A stretch of 62,917 nt of DNA, counting the filler. It is 5 parts of 5 records of this genome, joined end to end, with 100 filler letters (N's around TTAATTAATTAA, not from the genome) between each part and the next. Parts side by side here need not be neighbours in the genome. Positions count along the whole stretch, not along the records: positions 1 to 20,655 come from DRR723986_7112; 4 more parts are not named here. One strand, given 5' to 3'. The position numbers were made by a program, and so were the translations under genes. The number at the start of each line of letters is the position of its first letter. Positions within the stretch are counted from its first letter, which is position 1. The notes under the pieces were generated by a model that was not told the DNA's origin, did no database searches, and was given only the letters and a program-made list of their open reading frames with translations. This document shows, in pieces, positions 1 to 9,961 of the stretch.

Positions 1-30
1 TCGTTGGTTCGAATCCAGCCCCCGCTACCA
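1..30 (+). tRNA. 3' end of a tRNA, probably initiator tRNA-fMet (5' part outside window)
   Basis: T-arm GTTGG-TTCGAAT-CCAGC, then acceptor strand CCCCGCT, discriminator A and encoded CCA. Resembles fMet 3' ends. Anticodon not visible. Confidence 0.8.
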
Positions 31-38
31 TATTCATG

Positions 39-74
39 AAAGGCAGATCAATTCTCTTTGATCTGCCTTTTTTT
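39..74 (+). terminator. Rho-independent terminator after tRNA
   Basis: Perfect 13-bp stem AAAGGCAGATCAA / TTGATCTGCCTTT with 6-nt loop, followed by a T run. Confidence 0.85.
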
Positions 75-235
75 GTTTGGCTTATCGGATACCCTTTAAG
101 CATGTGCCTGTCTTCTCTCTACCTTTGCTTGCCTTAAGCCCGCTTATAGTTGGTGATAGTCGATTCATGCCCTGTATTCTTCACCGAGCTTACTATTGTG
201 TTTCCTCTTCCTCAGGAATACTGTTGTATTAGCCC

Positions 236-655
236 TTGTTTGAGGTGAATGACAAGCAGAGTATGGCTATGGGTAATGACATAATAGATGCATCAAAGGT
301 ATCTATATGCGTAGCAGTACTAGTGCTGTTGCTCGTTGGGTGTGGAGGCGGTGGAAGTGGCACGAAAGCTCTCCCCGAGGACTCAGCTCATTTAAGTTGG
401 TCGGCACCGTTGACACGCGTGAACGGCGATTCGATAGCAATGGGTGAGTTGGATAGATATGTCATTCGCTATGGTCGGATTTCAAATAATCTGTCTAGAA
501 TCATCATAGTAGACGGCGCTAGTGAATCTGCAGAAATGTCTTACGTTATCTACAACCTTGACGCCGGTACCTGGTATTTCACCATTCAGGTTCAGGACAC
601 TGCCGGTCTTCTGAGTGAGCCTTCTGAGCCGGTCAGCAAGACCATCCAGTCTTGA
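236..655 (+). CDS. Fibronectin type III domain lipoprotein (true start probably a downstream ATG)
   Basis: Lipobox LVGC, GGGGSG linker, FN3-like motifs LSWSAP, YVIRYG, NLDAGTWYFTIQVQD, SEPSEPV. Confidence 0.7.
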   Translation: MFEVNDKQSMAMGNDIIDASKVSICVAVLVLLLVGCGGGGSGTKALPEDSAHLSWSAPLTRVNGDSIAMGELDRYVIRYGRISNNLSRIIIVDGASESAEMSYVIYNLDAGTWYFTIQVQDTAGLLSEPSEPVSKTIQS

Positions 656-669
656 GCAGGCATGCCGGT

Positions 670-3234
670 TCAGAACATCGGGTCTGCGATTGGTAGCTTC
701 AGGGTGAAAGTGGTGCCTTCGCCCGGCCGTGAGTCTACGCTGATCTCGCCTCGGTGTTTTTCCACCACCGTTTTAACGAATGAAAGCCCCAGGCCGGTCC
801 CATGCGCTCCGGCTATCTCGCTGCGCTTCTGTCGATGATAGCGGTCGAACAGTAAGGGCAGCTCCTCCGGATCAATGCCATAGCCCTCGTCTGATATGGC
901 CAGGCAGGCCAGATGCGCTGCCTGATAGACGTGAACGCTGACTGCGGAGTCCGGGGGGCTGTATTGCACGGCGTTGGTCAAAAGATTGATGACGGCCCGT
1001 TCCAGAAGTTCGGCGTTGCCTTTCAGCCACAGATCTTCGGTACCGTTCAGCACGATCGAAATGCCTTTTTCCTGGGCCTGCTCGCACACACTGTCCCGAG
1101 CGTTCTCAACAATCGCCAGAAATTCGCATTCGTAGAACCGGGTTTCGGTCAGTTGCTCGGCGCGAGCCAGCTGCACAAATTCTTCTGCCAGATGATAGCT
1201 GCGCCGGGCCAATCGTCCGAGCTGGTCGAGTTGATAGGCATCAATATGGCTGGGATCCCGCTTAAGTTGCTCAATTAGCGCCAGTTGGGAGACTAGTGGC
1301 GAGCGGACATCGTGTGAGATAAAGTCGATCGCCTCACGATGCTGGCGCTGCTGCTCCCGAAGTTCGGAAATGTCTGAGATATTGGCAATAATGCCGAACT
1401 GACGACTGTTTTGCAGCTCAAAAGGCGCCAGGTGGATGAGAAAGTCTTTACTGTTCAATGTCAGGTCCACGGTTCGGCTTTGTCTCAGTGTCAGTGTCTC
1501 TGAAATGGTTTCGAACCAGGGCGGCAAGTCCCGGGGATCGTGACCTTCAAGCAGGGTGGCCAGAGGCATGCCGCTCAGACTTGGCATAGGCTCGCGAAAC
1601 CAGTCTTCAATGTGACGGTTGGCAAATCGTATTACCCCCAGTTCGTCGGTCACAATGATGCCATCGGGCATGTGCTCGAAGCTGTGACGAATAAACGCCT
1701 GCATTTCTCCCAGCTTTTGAGTGGCGATACGTACTTTCTCGATACGGGCAGAAATGTTTTCCCGGGGGCCCTGCTGTTGCTCACTATCTACATGGGGCTC
1801 CAGCTCCAGCTGGTTCAGATAGCGCTGGATGACCTCTCGGCTTAGGTCGTTTGGCAGCGTCAGTCCGAGCAGGTAGCTGGTGCCGCCACGAATCATCGTT
1901 ATCCAGCTCTGGTTCTGCTGGTGCTCCCATCGTCCAGGTGTTTCCGTGGGCGGGGCCTGGGCCAGGGTCATTTCCTGTACTTCCAGCAAGTCATCCTGCT
2001 CTGCCAGCAGCCATCCGGGTGGGTGGAACAGCGCACGCAAGTGCATCAGCAGCTGGTGAGGATGCCGGTTCGAAGGTTCAGGCAGGGATAGCCGAGGCGT
2101 TCTGGTCATCTCGTCCAGTTGCCGGTTGAGAAAGCGATTGGTCATGGCAAGCCGGAGTGCGCTGGCAATGGGCATCGCGGCCATCGGCAGAATCAGGGCG
2201 TTGGCTACGGACAGCTGAACCCGGGCCCCAATTAGCAGCAATACATAACCGGCTACCAGTCCTGCGGCAATGGTTGCACATGCCAGCAAGGTGGCAGCAG
2301 GGCGCAGGCGAGGAAGAAGCAGAGCTAACAACAACAGCACGAGCAGGTTCAGTGCGGGTGCTGCCCAGGGCTCCGCCGGCACGATCAGTATATTCTGCTT
2401 GCTCGCGGAATAGACATTGGCATGGAATTCCACCCCGGACATTGGCCGGCTCAGACCGGAAAACGGCGTGGGCAGTATGTCGCCAAACCCCGCAGCGGTA
2501 GCGCCGACCAGGACGGTTTTGCCGGCAAACTCCTGCGGTGAGGGCGGGTGGCTCAGCACGCTCGCGTAGGAGTAGGTGGGTAAGGTGCCGGCCCCGCCTG
2601 CCAGGGGCACCAGCCAATAATCCTCCCGGACGTTGATGTAGTTCGGCAATTGCGCCTGCATCTGATTCGACATTGGCAAGTGAGCGGCGAGTGACAGGGT
2701 CGGCCATAACCGGCCTGCAAGGCCGTTGTACAGATAGAGCCCGCGGGCGACGCCATCAGTGTCCAGCTCGATATGGGCATGCCCGATCGCCCCTGCGGCA
2801 CCTGCCAGGCTGGGTGTGGGGAGTTGTTCACTGATCAGCCGCTCCCGGGTTGGAGCGGTAAGATAGGCTGGCAGAACAACGTTGCCATGGCGGGCCATGG
2901 CGTTAGCCAGTTCCTCATCGCCCGGCCCGGCTTCCGGAAACAGGATGTCGAGCACAATGGTTTCTGCGCCGGCTTGCCGCAAGGTGTCGATCAGCGAGGC
3001 ATGAAGACTTCGGTCCCAGGGCCATCGGCCAACCTGTTCCAGGCTGAACTCATCAATGGCAATGATGGCCACCGAATCATCCATGGGCGCTGGCCAAGTT
3101 GTGATCGCCCTGTCATACATCCAGTCATTGATTCGACTCGGCAGCTCCGTTGCCTGAATCAGTAGCAGGGTGGTGACGAGTAGCAGGCCCAAGGACCACG
3201 GTGTTGTTGTTATCGGTAACCAGTCCCTTCGCAT
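670..3234 (-). CDS. CHASE2-PAS sensor histidine kinase
   Basis: CHASE2 motifs (IIAIDEFSLEQVGRWPWDR, DxDGVAR, MSGVEFHAN), TM helices, PAS (MPDGIIVTD), H-box SHDVRSPL, N-box NLLTNAVQYS, G2 GTGLGLS. Confidence 0.9.
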   Translation of the reverse strand: MRRDWLPITTTPWSLGLLLVTTLLLIQATELPSRINDWMYDRAITTWPAPMDDSVAIIAIDEFSLEQVGRWPWDRSLHASLIDTLRQAGAETIVLDILFPEAGPGDEELANAMARHGNVVLPAYLTAPTRERLISEQLPTPSLAGAAGAIGHAHIELDTDGVARGLYLYNGLAGRLWPTLSLAAHLPMSNQMQAQLPNYINVREDYWLVPLAGGAGTLPTYSYASVLSHPPSPQEFAGKTVLVGATAAGFGDILPTPFSGLSRPMSGVEFHANVYSASKQNILIVPAEPWAAPALNLLVLLLLALLLPRLRPAATLLACATIAAGLVAGYVLLLIGARVQLSVANALILPMAAMPIASALRLAMTNRFLNRQLDEMTRTPRLSLPEPSNRHPHQLLMHLRALFHPPGWLLAEQDDLLEVQEMTLAQAPPTETPGRWEHQQNQSWITMIRGGTSYLLGLTLPNDLSREVIQRYLNQLELEPHVDSEQQQGPRENISARIEKVRIATQKLGEMQAFIRHSFEHMPDGIIVTDELGVIRFANRHIEDWFREPMPSLSGMPLATLLEGHDPRDLPPWFETISETLTLRQSRTVDLTLNSKDFLIHLAPFELQNSRQFGIIANISDISELREQQRQHREAIDFISHDVRSPLVSQLALIEQLKRDPSHIDAYQLDQLGRLARRSYHLAEEFVQLARAEQLTETRFYECEFLAIVENARDSVCEQAQEKGISIVLNGTEDLWLKGNAELLERAVINLLTNAVQYSPPDSAVSVHVYQAAHLACLAISDEGYGIDPEELPLLFDRYHRQKRSEIAGAHGTGLGLSFVKTVVEKHRGEISVDSRPGEGTTFTLKLPIADPMF

Positions 3235-3255
3235 CGGCCTTTTTGTCGTAGAAGG

Positions 3256-4890
3256 TTAGTCGAGATACAGCTCCCTGCCCGGGCCCCAGCGACTGGCAAG
3301 AGGGCCGTCAGAAAGCGCTTTGACGCGGACAAAATACCTTCTTCCGGGAATCAGGCGCAAGGCCGCAGTGGTATCGGCGATATCGGCTTCCTTGATGATA
3401 TTGCGAAACGCCGGCTCTTCAGCCAGTTGCAGACGGTAATCCGTGGCGGTGTCGATGTTTTCCCAGAACACCCGAACCTGGCTGTCCAGATAGTTCACGC
3501 TGATAATCCGGACTGGCGGCAGAGTGCCGTTAACAACGATCTTGCGCGGTTCGGAGGTGGCAACAGAGCTGCCTCCCGCCTCCGTAACCACGCGCCAGTA
3601 ATACTGGCCGGGGCTCAGGGGGCGCGACGGAAGCGCCTGGCTTTCCGGCGCCCACTCGCTGGTTGTCACCAACTGCCGGAAGCTGTCATCTTCGGCGATC
3701 TCCACCCGGGCAACTTCGTTGGCGCCATTAAGTTGCCAGCGGAATTCCGGCATGTCGTCGTTCACGCTCTCGCCATCAGCCGGTGCGGTGAGGTCCGGCT
3801 TTTTTGCCTGAAGGTCTACCTCAAGTTCCGCGGTACCGGGCATTCCGGCAATACCGCGCTGATCAATCGCGGCGAGCTGGATTTCGTAGCGGCCATTGTC
3901 AAGTTGGGCGATGTCGAAACGGGTACCAGCCACATCACGACTCTGCACCCAGGTGCCTGATGCCTGGTCAAAAATGTCCAGCCGATAGGTCGGGTAACCG
4001 CCTGCCTGCCAGGACAGTTCGGCCGGAAGCTGAGTAAGCACCGATGGCAAGGGATTCATGGTTGGCGCTGGCGGAAGTTGCCGAATATTCAGGGCGCCTC
4101 CGTTGGCGGTGGAAACACTCGCGCCATAGCCGGCTGGAATGCGGCGGGTGTTGCCTGGCTGGCCGAAGTCCACCACACCTTCGGTAACCTGCACGCTGCT
4201 GCCGTTGGTGGTGGCTTGAATGGCAAATACCGTACCCCGGACCGCGGCGACAGCGGATGGTGTTTCGATTTCGAAGCGGGCTCCGCCCTCAATGACCGGG
4301 CGAACACGGGTGTGAACCTCGCCCCGTTGCAGGCGAAGCCGGGTGTCGACCATGCCCGATTTGCCAAACTGGGTCAGGCGATTGAACATGAGGCGGGAGT
4401 TCGGGGAGATCCGGAGTTCCGAGCCGTCGGCCAGTTCAATGGTTGCCGATCCGGCACCGGAGAGAATTTCGTCGCCAACCCGGACAATCGAATCTTCGGA
4501 CAGAGGGAGTTTTCGCCCATCCATTCCGGAGATCTGTTGCACGTTGCCGGTGACCGCAATCACCCGGGCCGGTTCGGGCTGACGTTTCAGCCAGTTTGCG
4601 GGAATGCGCAGGGTATCCCCGGCGCCGAGTTTGGCGTTGCTGGCCAGGCCATTATGCTCCAGCAGTCGTTGCTGTGTGGTCTGCTGGGAAAGCAGCGTCT
4701 GGGTTATGCTCGCAACCGTATCACCCTGGCGTAAGGTATAAACCCACTCCGGGGCATTGTCCCGTTGTTGGCTGCCGGATACTGCAGAACCCCGTGCGAT
4801 TGACAGCTCCGCGACCGTGGTCGCTGGCACCATGAACGCCAGTGCAAGGAAGGTCAGGATTTTCAGGTGCTTGCTCAGAGCGTCAGGCAT
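3256..4890 (-). CDS. LysM-FecR domain protein with C-terminal Ig/FN3-like repeats (ORF open to 4926)
   Basis: Signal peptide, LysM-like YTLRQGDTV, FecR-type FEIETPSAVAAVRGTVF, GQYYWRV and RYFVRVKA strands. ATG at 4890 gives an 8-nt overlap with the upstream regulator. Confidence 0.8.
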   Translation of the reverse strand: MPDALSKHLKILTFLALAFMVPATTVAELSIARGSAVSGSQQRDNAPEWVYTLRQGDTVASITQTLLSQQTTQQRLLEHNGLASNAKLGAGDTLRIPANWLKRQPEPARVIAVTGNVQQISGMDGRKLPLSEDSIVRVGDEILSGAGSATIELADGSELRISPNSRLMFNRLTQFGKSGMVDTRLRLQRGEVHTRVRPVIEGGARFEIETPSAVAAVRGTVFAIQATTNGSSVQVTEGVVDFGQPGNTRRIPAGYGASVSTANGGALNIRQLPPAPTMNPLPSVLTQLPAELSWQAGGYPTYRLDIFDQASGTWVQSRDVAGTRFDIAQLDNGRYEIQLAAIDQRGIAGMPGTAELEVDLQAKKPDLTAPADGESVNDDMPEFRWQLNGANEVARVEIAEDDSFRQLVTTSEWAPESQALPSRPLSPGQYYWRVVTEAGGSSVATSEPRKIVVNGTLPPVRIISVNYLDSQVRVFWENIDTATDYRLQLAEEPAFRNIIKEADIADTTAALRLIPGRRYFVRVKALSDGPLASRWGPGRELYLD

Positions 4891-5611
4891 TTGCAGTGTC
4901 ATCGTTCCGAATTTCGTTTGCGTCACCGGGCTTGATCGCTTCGAGCCGATAGCCTCGCTGGTAAATGGTCTTGATGCGAAATCCGTTTTCAGGGTTGAGC
5001 CCGAGCCTTCTCCGAAGGCGGCTCATATGCGTATCCACCGTGCGGGTGTTGATGTCCCTGGTCAATCCCCATACCCGCTCCAGCAGCATTTCGCGGGTGA
5101 GCAGGCGGCCCTGGTTCTGGAACAGGAACAGGGTCAGGTCGAAGTCCTTGTCGGTGAGCGTCAGTGGCTCCCCGTGCAGGAGAATTATGCGTTGGTTGGT
5201 ATTGATCTCGAAGGGCCCGTAGACCAACACCTCCTTTTCAATTTCCGGATTGCTGCGTCGGGCCAGTGCATTGATGCGCGCGACCAGTTCAGCCGCTCGT
5301 GCCGGTTTGGCGATATAGTCGTCGGCGCCGGCATCCAGGGCACGGACGATGTCGGTTTCACTGTCACGCTGGGTCAGGAAAACGGCCGGCACAGGCCAGT
5401 TCAGCTGTGCCCGGATGTTCTCCAGTACCTCAATTCCGGTCATGTCCGGGATCTGCCAGTCCAGAATGATCAGATCATAACTGCGGTGCAAAACGGCACC
5501 GAGAAACGATTGGCCGGTCGGAAAGCTGTCACAGTGATGTCCTTTCTCTGAAAGGATGGACTGGATGTGCTGCGCCTGTTCGTGTTCGTCTTCCAGCAGA
5601 GCAATGCGCAT
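4883..5611 (-). CDS. OmpR-family response regulator
   Basis: Receiver (LLEDE, ILDWQIP, GADDYIAKP) plus winged helix (TRTVDTHMSRLR, IKTIYQRGYRL). Confidence 0.92.
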   Translation of the reverse strand: MRIALLEDEHEQAQHIQSILSEKGHHCDSFPTGQSFLGAVLHRSYDLIILDWQIPDMTGIEVLENIRAQLNWPVPAVFLTQRDSETDIVRALDAGADDYIAKPARAAELVARINALARRSNPEIEKEVLVYGPFEINTNQRIILLHGEPLTLTDKDFDLTLFLFQNQGRLLTREMLLERVWGLTRDINTRTVDTHMSRLRRRLGLNPENGFRIKTIYQRGYRLEAIKPGDANEIRNDDTANA

Positions 5612-5723
5612 TAAGCCTGGCCCTCGATCATGTTGCCTGGTTTATATACCGCAGCGCAGAGCCCTTGGTCAGACCCTGCAGTGTCGGGGATTATCCCAAA
5701 AAATGAGTTCCCGTTCAGTATCG

Positions 5724-7892
5724 TTATGTAGAATTCCGTAAGTCCACCGCAGGCCGGCCGTTGTGGTCATCAACTGTTTGTCGGCAGCCGGGGAAATTGC
5801 TGCAGCCCCAGAACCAGCCTTTTTTGCTTTTGCGCCGCACCAGGGGCGAGAAACAGTGGGGGCAGGGTACCGGTTTCTGGCTGGTTCCGTCCTTGGGTTG
5901 ATCGTCTTCCAGGGGGCGGGTGCCCTTGCAGGCGGGGTACCGGGTGCACGCAAAAAAAGCGCCGAACTTGCCCTCCCGTTCAACCATCGGCGCCCGGCAT
6001 TTCGGGCAGTGAATGGCGGTGCCTGGTGTCTCTGTATTCGCCAAACCCGCAGCGGGCGCTTGCGTCATGAATCCGCGGATTTCATCCTTGAGGGATTCCA
6101 GAAACGCTCTTGGGTCCTCTTCGCCCCGGCGAACGCCCTCGAGAGTGGCCTCCCAGACAGCGGTGCGATCTGGCGTACGAATCGATTCCGGTAGCGCCGC
6201 GATCAGGGATTTCCCCTTGTAGGTGGCGCGGATAAAGCGTTTTTCCCGGAACAGGTAATCGCGGCGGAACAGCGTATCGATAATGGCTGCGCGAGTCGCT
6301 TCGGTGCCAAGGCCATCGGTTTCCCGCAGCGTTTTTCTCAGCTCGTTGTCGGCGACAAAACGGGCGATATTGGTCATGGCCGATAGCAGCGTGGCATCGG
6401 TGAAGTGTTGTGGCGGCTGGGTTTTGCGCTCGTTAGTCTGGGGGTCAGTGCAAAGGACCGGCTCGTTTTTTTCCAGTCTTGGCAACGGAGCTTTTTCTGG
6501 CTCTTGCCCGGGTTCCCGCTTGCGGATTTCCAGCGTTTTCCAGCCTGGCTCGATCACGGCTGTCTCGGTGGCGCGAAAGCGATAGTCCTGAATCGCGACC
6601 GTCAGCCGGCCTTCCCGATGCACGGCGTCAGGTGCAAACTGCATCAGATAGAATCGACTGATCAGATCGTAGATTTTCTGTTCGGCCGAAGACAGCTTGC
6701 CGTTTGGTGCGGGCCGCACTGTGGGAATGATTGCGTGGTGGGCATCCACTTTTTGGTCATTCCAGGCGGCAGAGCGGCGTTCTGTACCGGTTTTCTCGCA
6801 GAATCCGGACAAATCCGGGGCGACACGGGCGATGGCACGAATCACCGCCTCCCGTTGGCTGAAATGCTCCTCTGGCAGGTAGCGGCTGTCTGACCTTGGG
6901 TAGGTAATCAGTTGATGGCGTTCGTACAGGTTTTGGGCGGTGTCGAGCACGTCTTTCGCGCCCATCCGGTATAGTCGTCCAGCCTCTATCTGGAGTGCAG
7001 ACAGCGACAGAGGTAACGGCGGCGGTTCCGTGCGATCGCGAAACCGGGCTTCATCAATTCTGCCGGGTCGACCGCTGATGGCGGCGACAATCTGCTCGGC
7101 TACCGACTTGTCCAGCAGCCGGTTTTCTTCATCCAGATGATCCTGAAATTCGTCACCGGGTGACCAGCGAGCAATGAACGGTCGCTGGTCGGCCTCCGGC
7201 TCGCTGGCCTGGAAGGTGGCTTCGACCCGGTACCAGGGCTTGGGCTGGAAGTGCTCGATGGTGTTGTCTCGATCCACCACCAGGCCCAACACCGGAGTTT
7301 GTACCCGACCCACGGAGAAGACGCCCTGTTCGCCCCGGGTTTGATAGCTGAGGGTATAAAATCGGGTGAGATTGATGCCATAGAGCCAGTCGGCCCGCTG
7401 TCTCGCCAGCGCAGAATGGGAGAGTGGGCGGAACTCCCGGTTTTCTCGGGGGTTCTGTATGGCGCGGGCTACCGCCTTGGGGGTAAGGTCGTTGATCAGT
7501 ATCCGTTTTACCGGTGCCTTGGTGCCGAGATAGCGCAGGACTTCGTCGACCAGTAGCTGGCCTTCACGGTCGGGATCGCCGGCGTGGGTGATGAGGTCGG
7601 CCTTGCGAACCAGGGCTTCAAGAACTTTGAATTGCAGGCGCACGCTGTCTTTGGGCGTCAGTTGCCAGGGTTCCGGGAACATGGGCAGGTCTTCAATGCG
7701 CCATTTTTTCCAGGCCGGGTTATAGCGCGCAGGCTCGGCGGGCTCCAGCAGGTGGCCTATACACCAGCTTACCGTGGCAGCATCCGGTCCTTTACCGCAG
7801 CGTATCCAGCCCTGGCCTTTCTCGTGGGGGCCGGGCAGTGCGGCGGCGATGGCCCTGGCCAGACTTGGCTTTTCGGCGATGTACAGGTGCAT
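5724..7892 (-). CDS. topB: DNA topoisomerase III with C-terminal zinc ribbons
   Basis: IAEKPS, GDPDREG, SVGRVQTP, LITYPRSD, GLGTEATRA, two C4 zinc fingers. Confidence 0.93.
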   Translation of the reverse strand: MHLYIAEKPSLARAIAAALPGPHEKGQGWIRCGKGPDAATVSWCIGHLLEPAEPARYNPAWKKWRIEDLPMFPEPWQLTPKDSVRLQFKVLEALVRKADLITHAGDPDREGQLLVDEVLRYLGTKAPVKRILINDLTPKAVARAIQNPRENREFRPLSHSALARQRADWLYGINLTRFYTLSYQTRGEQGVFSVGRVQTPVLGLVVDRDNTIEHFQPKPWYRVEATFQASEPEADQRPFIARWSPGDEFQDHLDEENRLLDKSVAEQIVAAISGRPGRIDEARFRDRTEPPPLPLSLSALQIEAGRLYRMGAKDVLDTAQNLYERHQLITYPRSDSRYLPEEHFSQREAVIRAIARVAPDLSGFCEKTGTERRSAAWNDQKVDAHHAIIPTVRPAPNGKLSSAEQKIYDLISRFYLMQFAPDAVHREGRLTVAIQDYRFRATETAVIEPGWKTLEIRKREPGQEPEKAPLPRLEKNEPVLCTDPQTNERKTQPPQHFTDATLLSAMTNIARFVADNELRKTLRETDGLGTEATRAAIIDTLFRRDYLFREKRFIRATYKGKSLIAALPESIRTPDRTAVWEATLEGVRRGEEDPRAFLESLKDEIRGFMTQAPAAGLANTETPGTAIHCPKCRAPMVEREGKFGAFFACTRYPACKGTRPLEDDQPKDGTSQKPVPCPHCFSPLVRRKSKKGWFWGCSNFPGCRQTVDDHNGRPAVDLRNST

Positions 7893-8038
7893 GGGTATCT
7901 GGGGATTGGTTGCTGGCAGGGGAATGTGTCGCTTTGAGGCTTTTGTGTCAAGGGCTTCGGGGTTCCGCGGCGTACTGTAGTAGACTGTTTACACAGCAGG
8001 TCGGGACATTGATGCTTAAAGTCCGGAGTAGGTGTTTT

Positions 8039-8395
8039 ATGAAAGTACAGGAAAGCATAGAGGAAAAGCTGGTCGCGGGCTTTAACGCCAGCGTGATTTC
8101 TGTGGAGAACGAAAGCCATATGCATTCGGTGCCACCCAACTCTGAAACCCATTTCAAGGTAACGCTGGTGTCAGCGGATTTTGAAGGGCAGATGAAGGTG
8201 CGGCGCCACCAGGCAATTTACAAGGTTCTGGCGGATGAACTGGCGGGGCCGGTGCATGCTCTGGCATTGCATCTGTATACGCCGGAAGAGTGGACGGCCA
8301 GTGGTCAGGCGTCTCCGGTTTCGCCCAACTGTATGGGCGGGTCGAAAGGTGATGCAGCAATGGACAAGAAGCTTCAACAAGGAGCTAATGGATGA
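8039..8395 (+). CDS. bolA: BolA family protein
   Basis: ENESHMHSVPPNSETHFKV, RHQAIY, VHALALH. ATG at 8039 preferred over the upstream ORF start. Confidence 0.9.
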   Translation: MKVQESIEEKLVAGFNASVISVENESHMHSVPPNSETHFKVTLVSADFEGQMKVRRHQAIYKVLADELAGPVHALALHLYTPEEWTASGQASPVSPNCMGGSKGDAAMDKKLQQGANG

Positions 8396-9015
8396 GCCAG
8401 TTTTTTCAGATTCACCCGGAAACACCGCAAAAGCGTCTGATCAAGCAGGCGGTGGAGATTTTGCGCAAGGGTGGGGTGATTGTCTATCCCACAGATTCAG
8501 GCTACGCACTGGGCTGTCATCTTGGTGACAAGCAGGCGGCAGACCGTATCAAGCGAATTCGGCGCCTGGACGACAAGCACAACTTCACCCTGGTGTGTCG
8601 TGACCTGTCAGACATCGGGGTTTATGCCAAGGTGGACAATACCCAGTATCGGTTACTGAAGAATTTCACGCCGGGCCCGTACACCTTTATTCTGGACGCG
8701 ACCAGCGAGGTGCCTCGCCGGTTGCTGCATCCCAAACGGCGGTCTATCGGCATCCGGGTTCCGGACAACGAGATTGTTCGGGAATTGCTGGGTGAGCTGG
8801 GTGAGCCGATTATGAGCAGCACCCTGATTCTGCCGGGTGAAACCGAACCTTTGACCGATCCTTACGATATTCGCGAGACCCTCGGGCATGAGCTTGATCT
8901 GATTATTGATGGCGGTTTCTGCGGTATGGAGGCTACCACGGTGGTCAACTTTACCGGTGATGTGCCTGAAGTTACGCGGGTGGGCAAGGGTGATCCGGCC
9001 CCGTTTCAGGTTTGA
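8392..9015 (+). CDS. yciO: Sua5/YciO/YrdC family (threonylcarbamoyl-AMP synthase-like) protein
   Basis: MSQFFQIHPETPQ, YPTDSGYALGC, TPGPYTFIL, IGIRVPD. Confidence 0.88.
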   Translation: MSQFFQIHPETPQKRLIKQAVEILRKGGVIVYPTDSGYALGCHLGDKQAADRIKRIRRLDDKHNFTLVCRDLSDIGVYAKVDNTQYRLLKNFTPGPYTFILDATSEVPRRLLHPKRRSIGIRVPDNEIVRELLGELGEPIMSSTLILPGETEPLTDPYDIRETLGHELDLIIDGGFCGMEATTVVNFTGDVPEVTRVGKGDPAPFQV

Positions 9016-9040
9016 TCTTATTAGCAGTTACCCCCGGGCT

Positions 9041-9697
9041 TCAGGCCCGGGTATTCAGGCTGAAGGCGTAGCGTTGCTGCGCTGTGATACCCGTCTCGGC
9101 GGGTGTGGCGGTGCGGCGAAGGCTGTCATAACGGTGGATGACATCTTGCAGTCCATTGAACTGCTGGTTTTCGCTGAGCAGTGAATCCAGCAGGGAATTG
9201 TTCACGCCATAAGCCTGATTGAGCTTGAGCGCATTATCCATGAAGTGCAGGGTGGGTTCGGTCACGCTCAAGCGGCTTAACGCCTCACCAAATCCCCGGT
9301 TGTTGTTGAGATCCTGTTGTATCCTCTCCCGCACCTGGTCGGGAATTTTGCCGTCCAGCTGAATGCTGCCTTGCTCGGTTTTGCTCACGCTCAGCGCCGT
9401 TGCCGGGTGTACGTTGTATTCGGCAAGTTTGTGCCGCAAGGTTTCACGAACGTAGGACAGGTCCTGGGCAACCGTCTGCTTGTACTGGGTCAGTGGCAAT
9501 TGCCGGGTTTTCTGACTGGCCGAGTTGCGCTCCTGCCACTGTGACGGCGTGAAGCGGTCGTCGGTGCTGCTCTGGGGCTCGCCTGTGGCGGCGCCTTCAT
9601 TGCTTTTACCGGCGGGTACGTCAGTGCGCGGCGCACGGTTGTCCATGGCTTGCTGAAAGCGCGTGCTGGCCTGTAACAGTGATGTCAGCAATGACAT
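9041..9697 (-). CDS. Hypothetical protein
   Basis: 218-aa ORF, GGGGAGG RBS upstream of ATG, host-like codon usage. No family recognised. Confidence 0.65.
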   Translation of the reverse strand: MSLLTSLLQASTRFQQAMDNRAPRTDVPAGKSNEGAATGEPQSSTDDRFTPSQWQERNSASQKTRQLPLTQYKQTVAQDLSYVRETLRHKLAEYNVHPATALSVSKTEQGSIQLDGKIPDQVRERIQQDLNNNRGFGEALSRLSVTEPTLHFMDNALKLNQAYGVNNSLLDSLLSENQQFNGLQDVIHRYDSLRRTATPAETGITAQQRYAFSLNTRA

Positions 9698-9961
9698 GGT
9701 TGCCTCCCCTGAACGGAAAATCTCTGCCGGATATCACGGAATTAGTCCGTGATGCATCAGGCTTTGCAGGTTTCGGGCCAATCTGCCTTGCCTTCTGGTT
9801 TGAGTGTGCCGGGACGAATGTAAAACATTGCAAGGAATGACATAGCGGGCGCGTCCGGATGATCTGCGTCATAAAAAAATTGATGCATATCTATAAAGTT
9901 ATGCGCCAATTCGCCGTCATTACTCTTGGATGTCCAGATCATCTTCTGTTGTCGGGGTCAC

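Noticed and set aside
5724-7892. Functional link between topB and the SMC operon
   Set aside because: Separated by several unrelated housekeeping genes. Proximity alone is not evidence.
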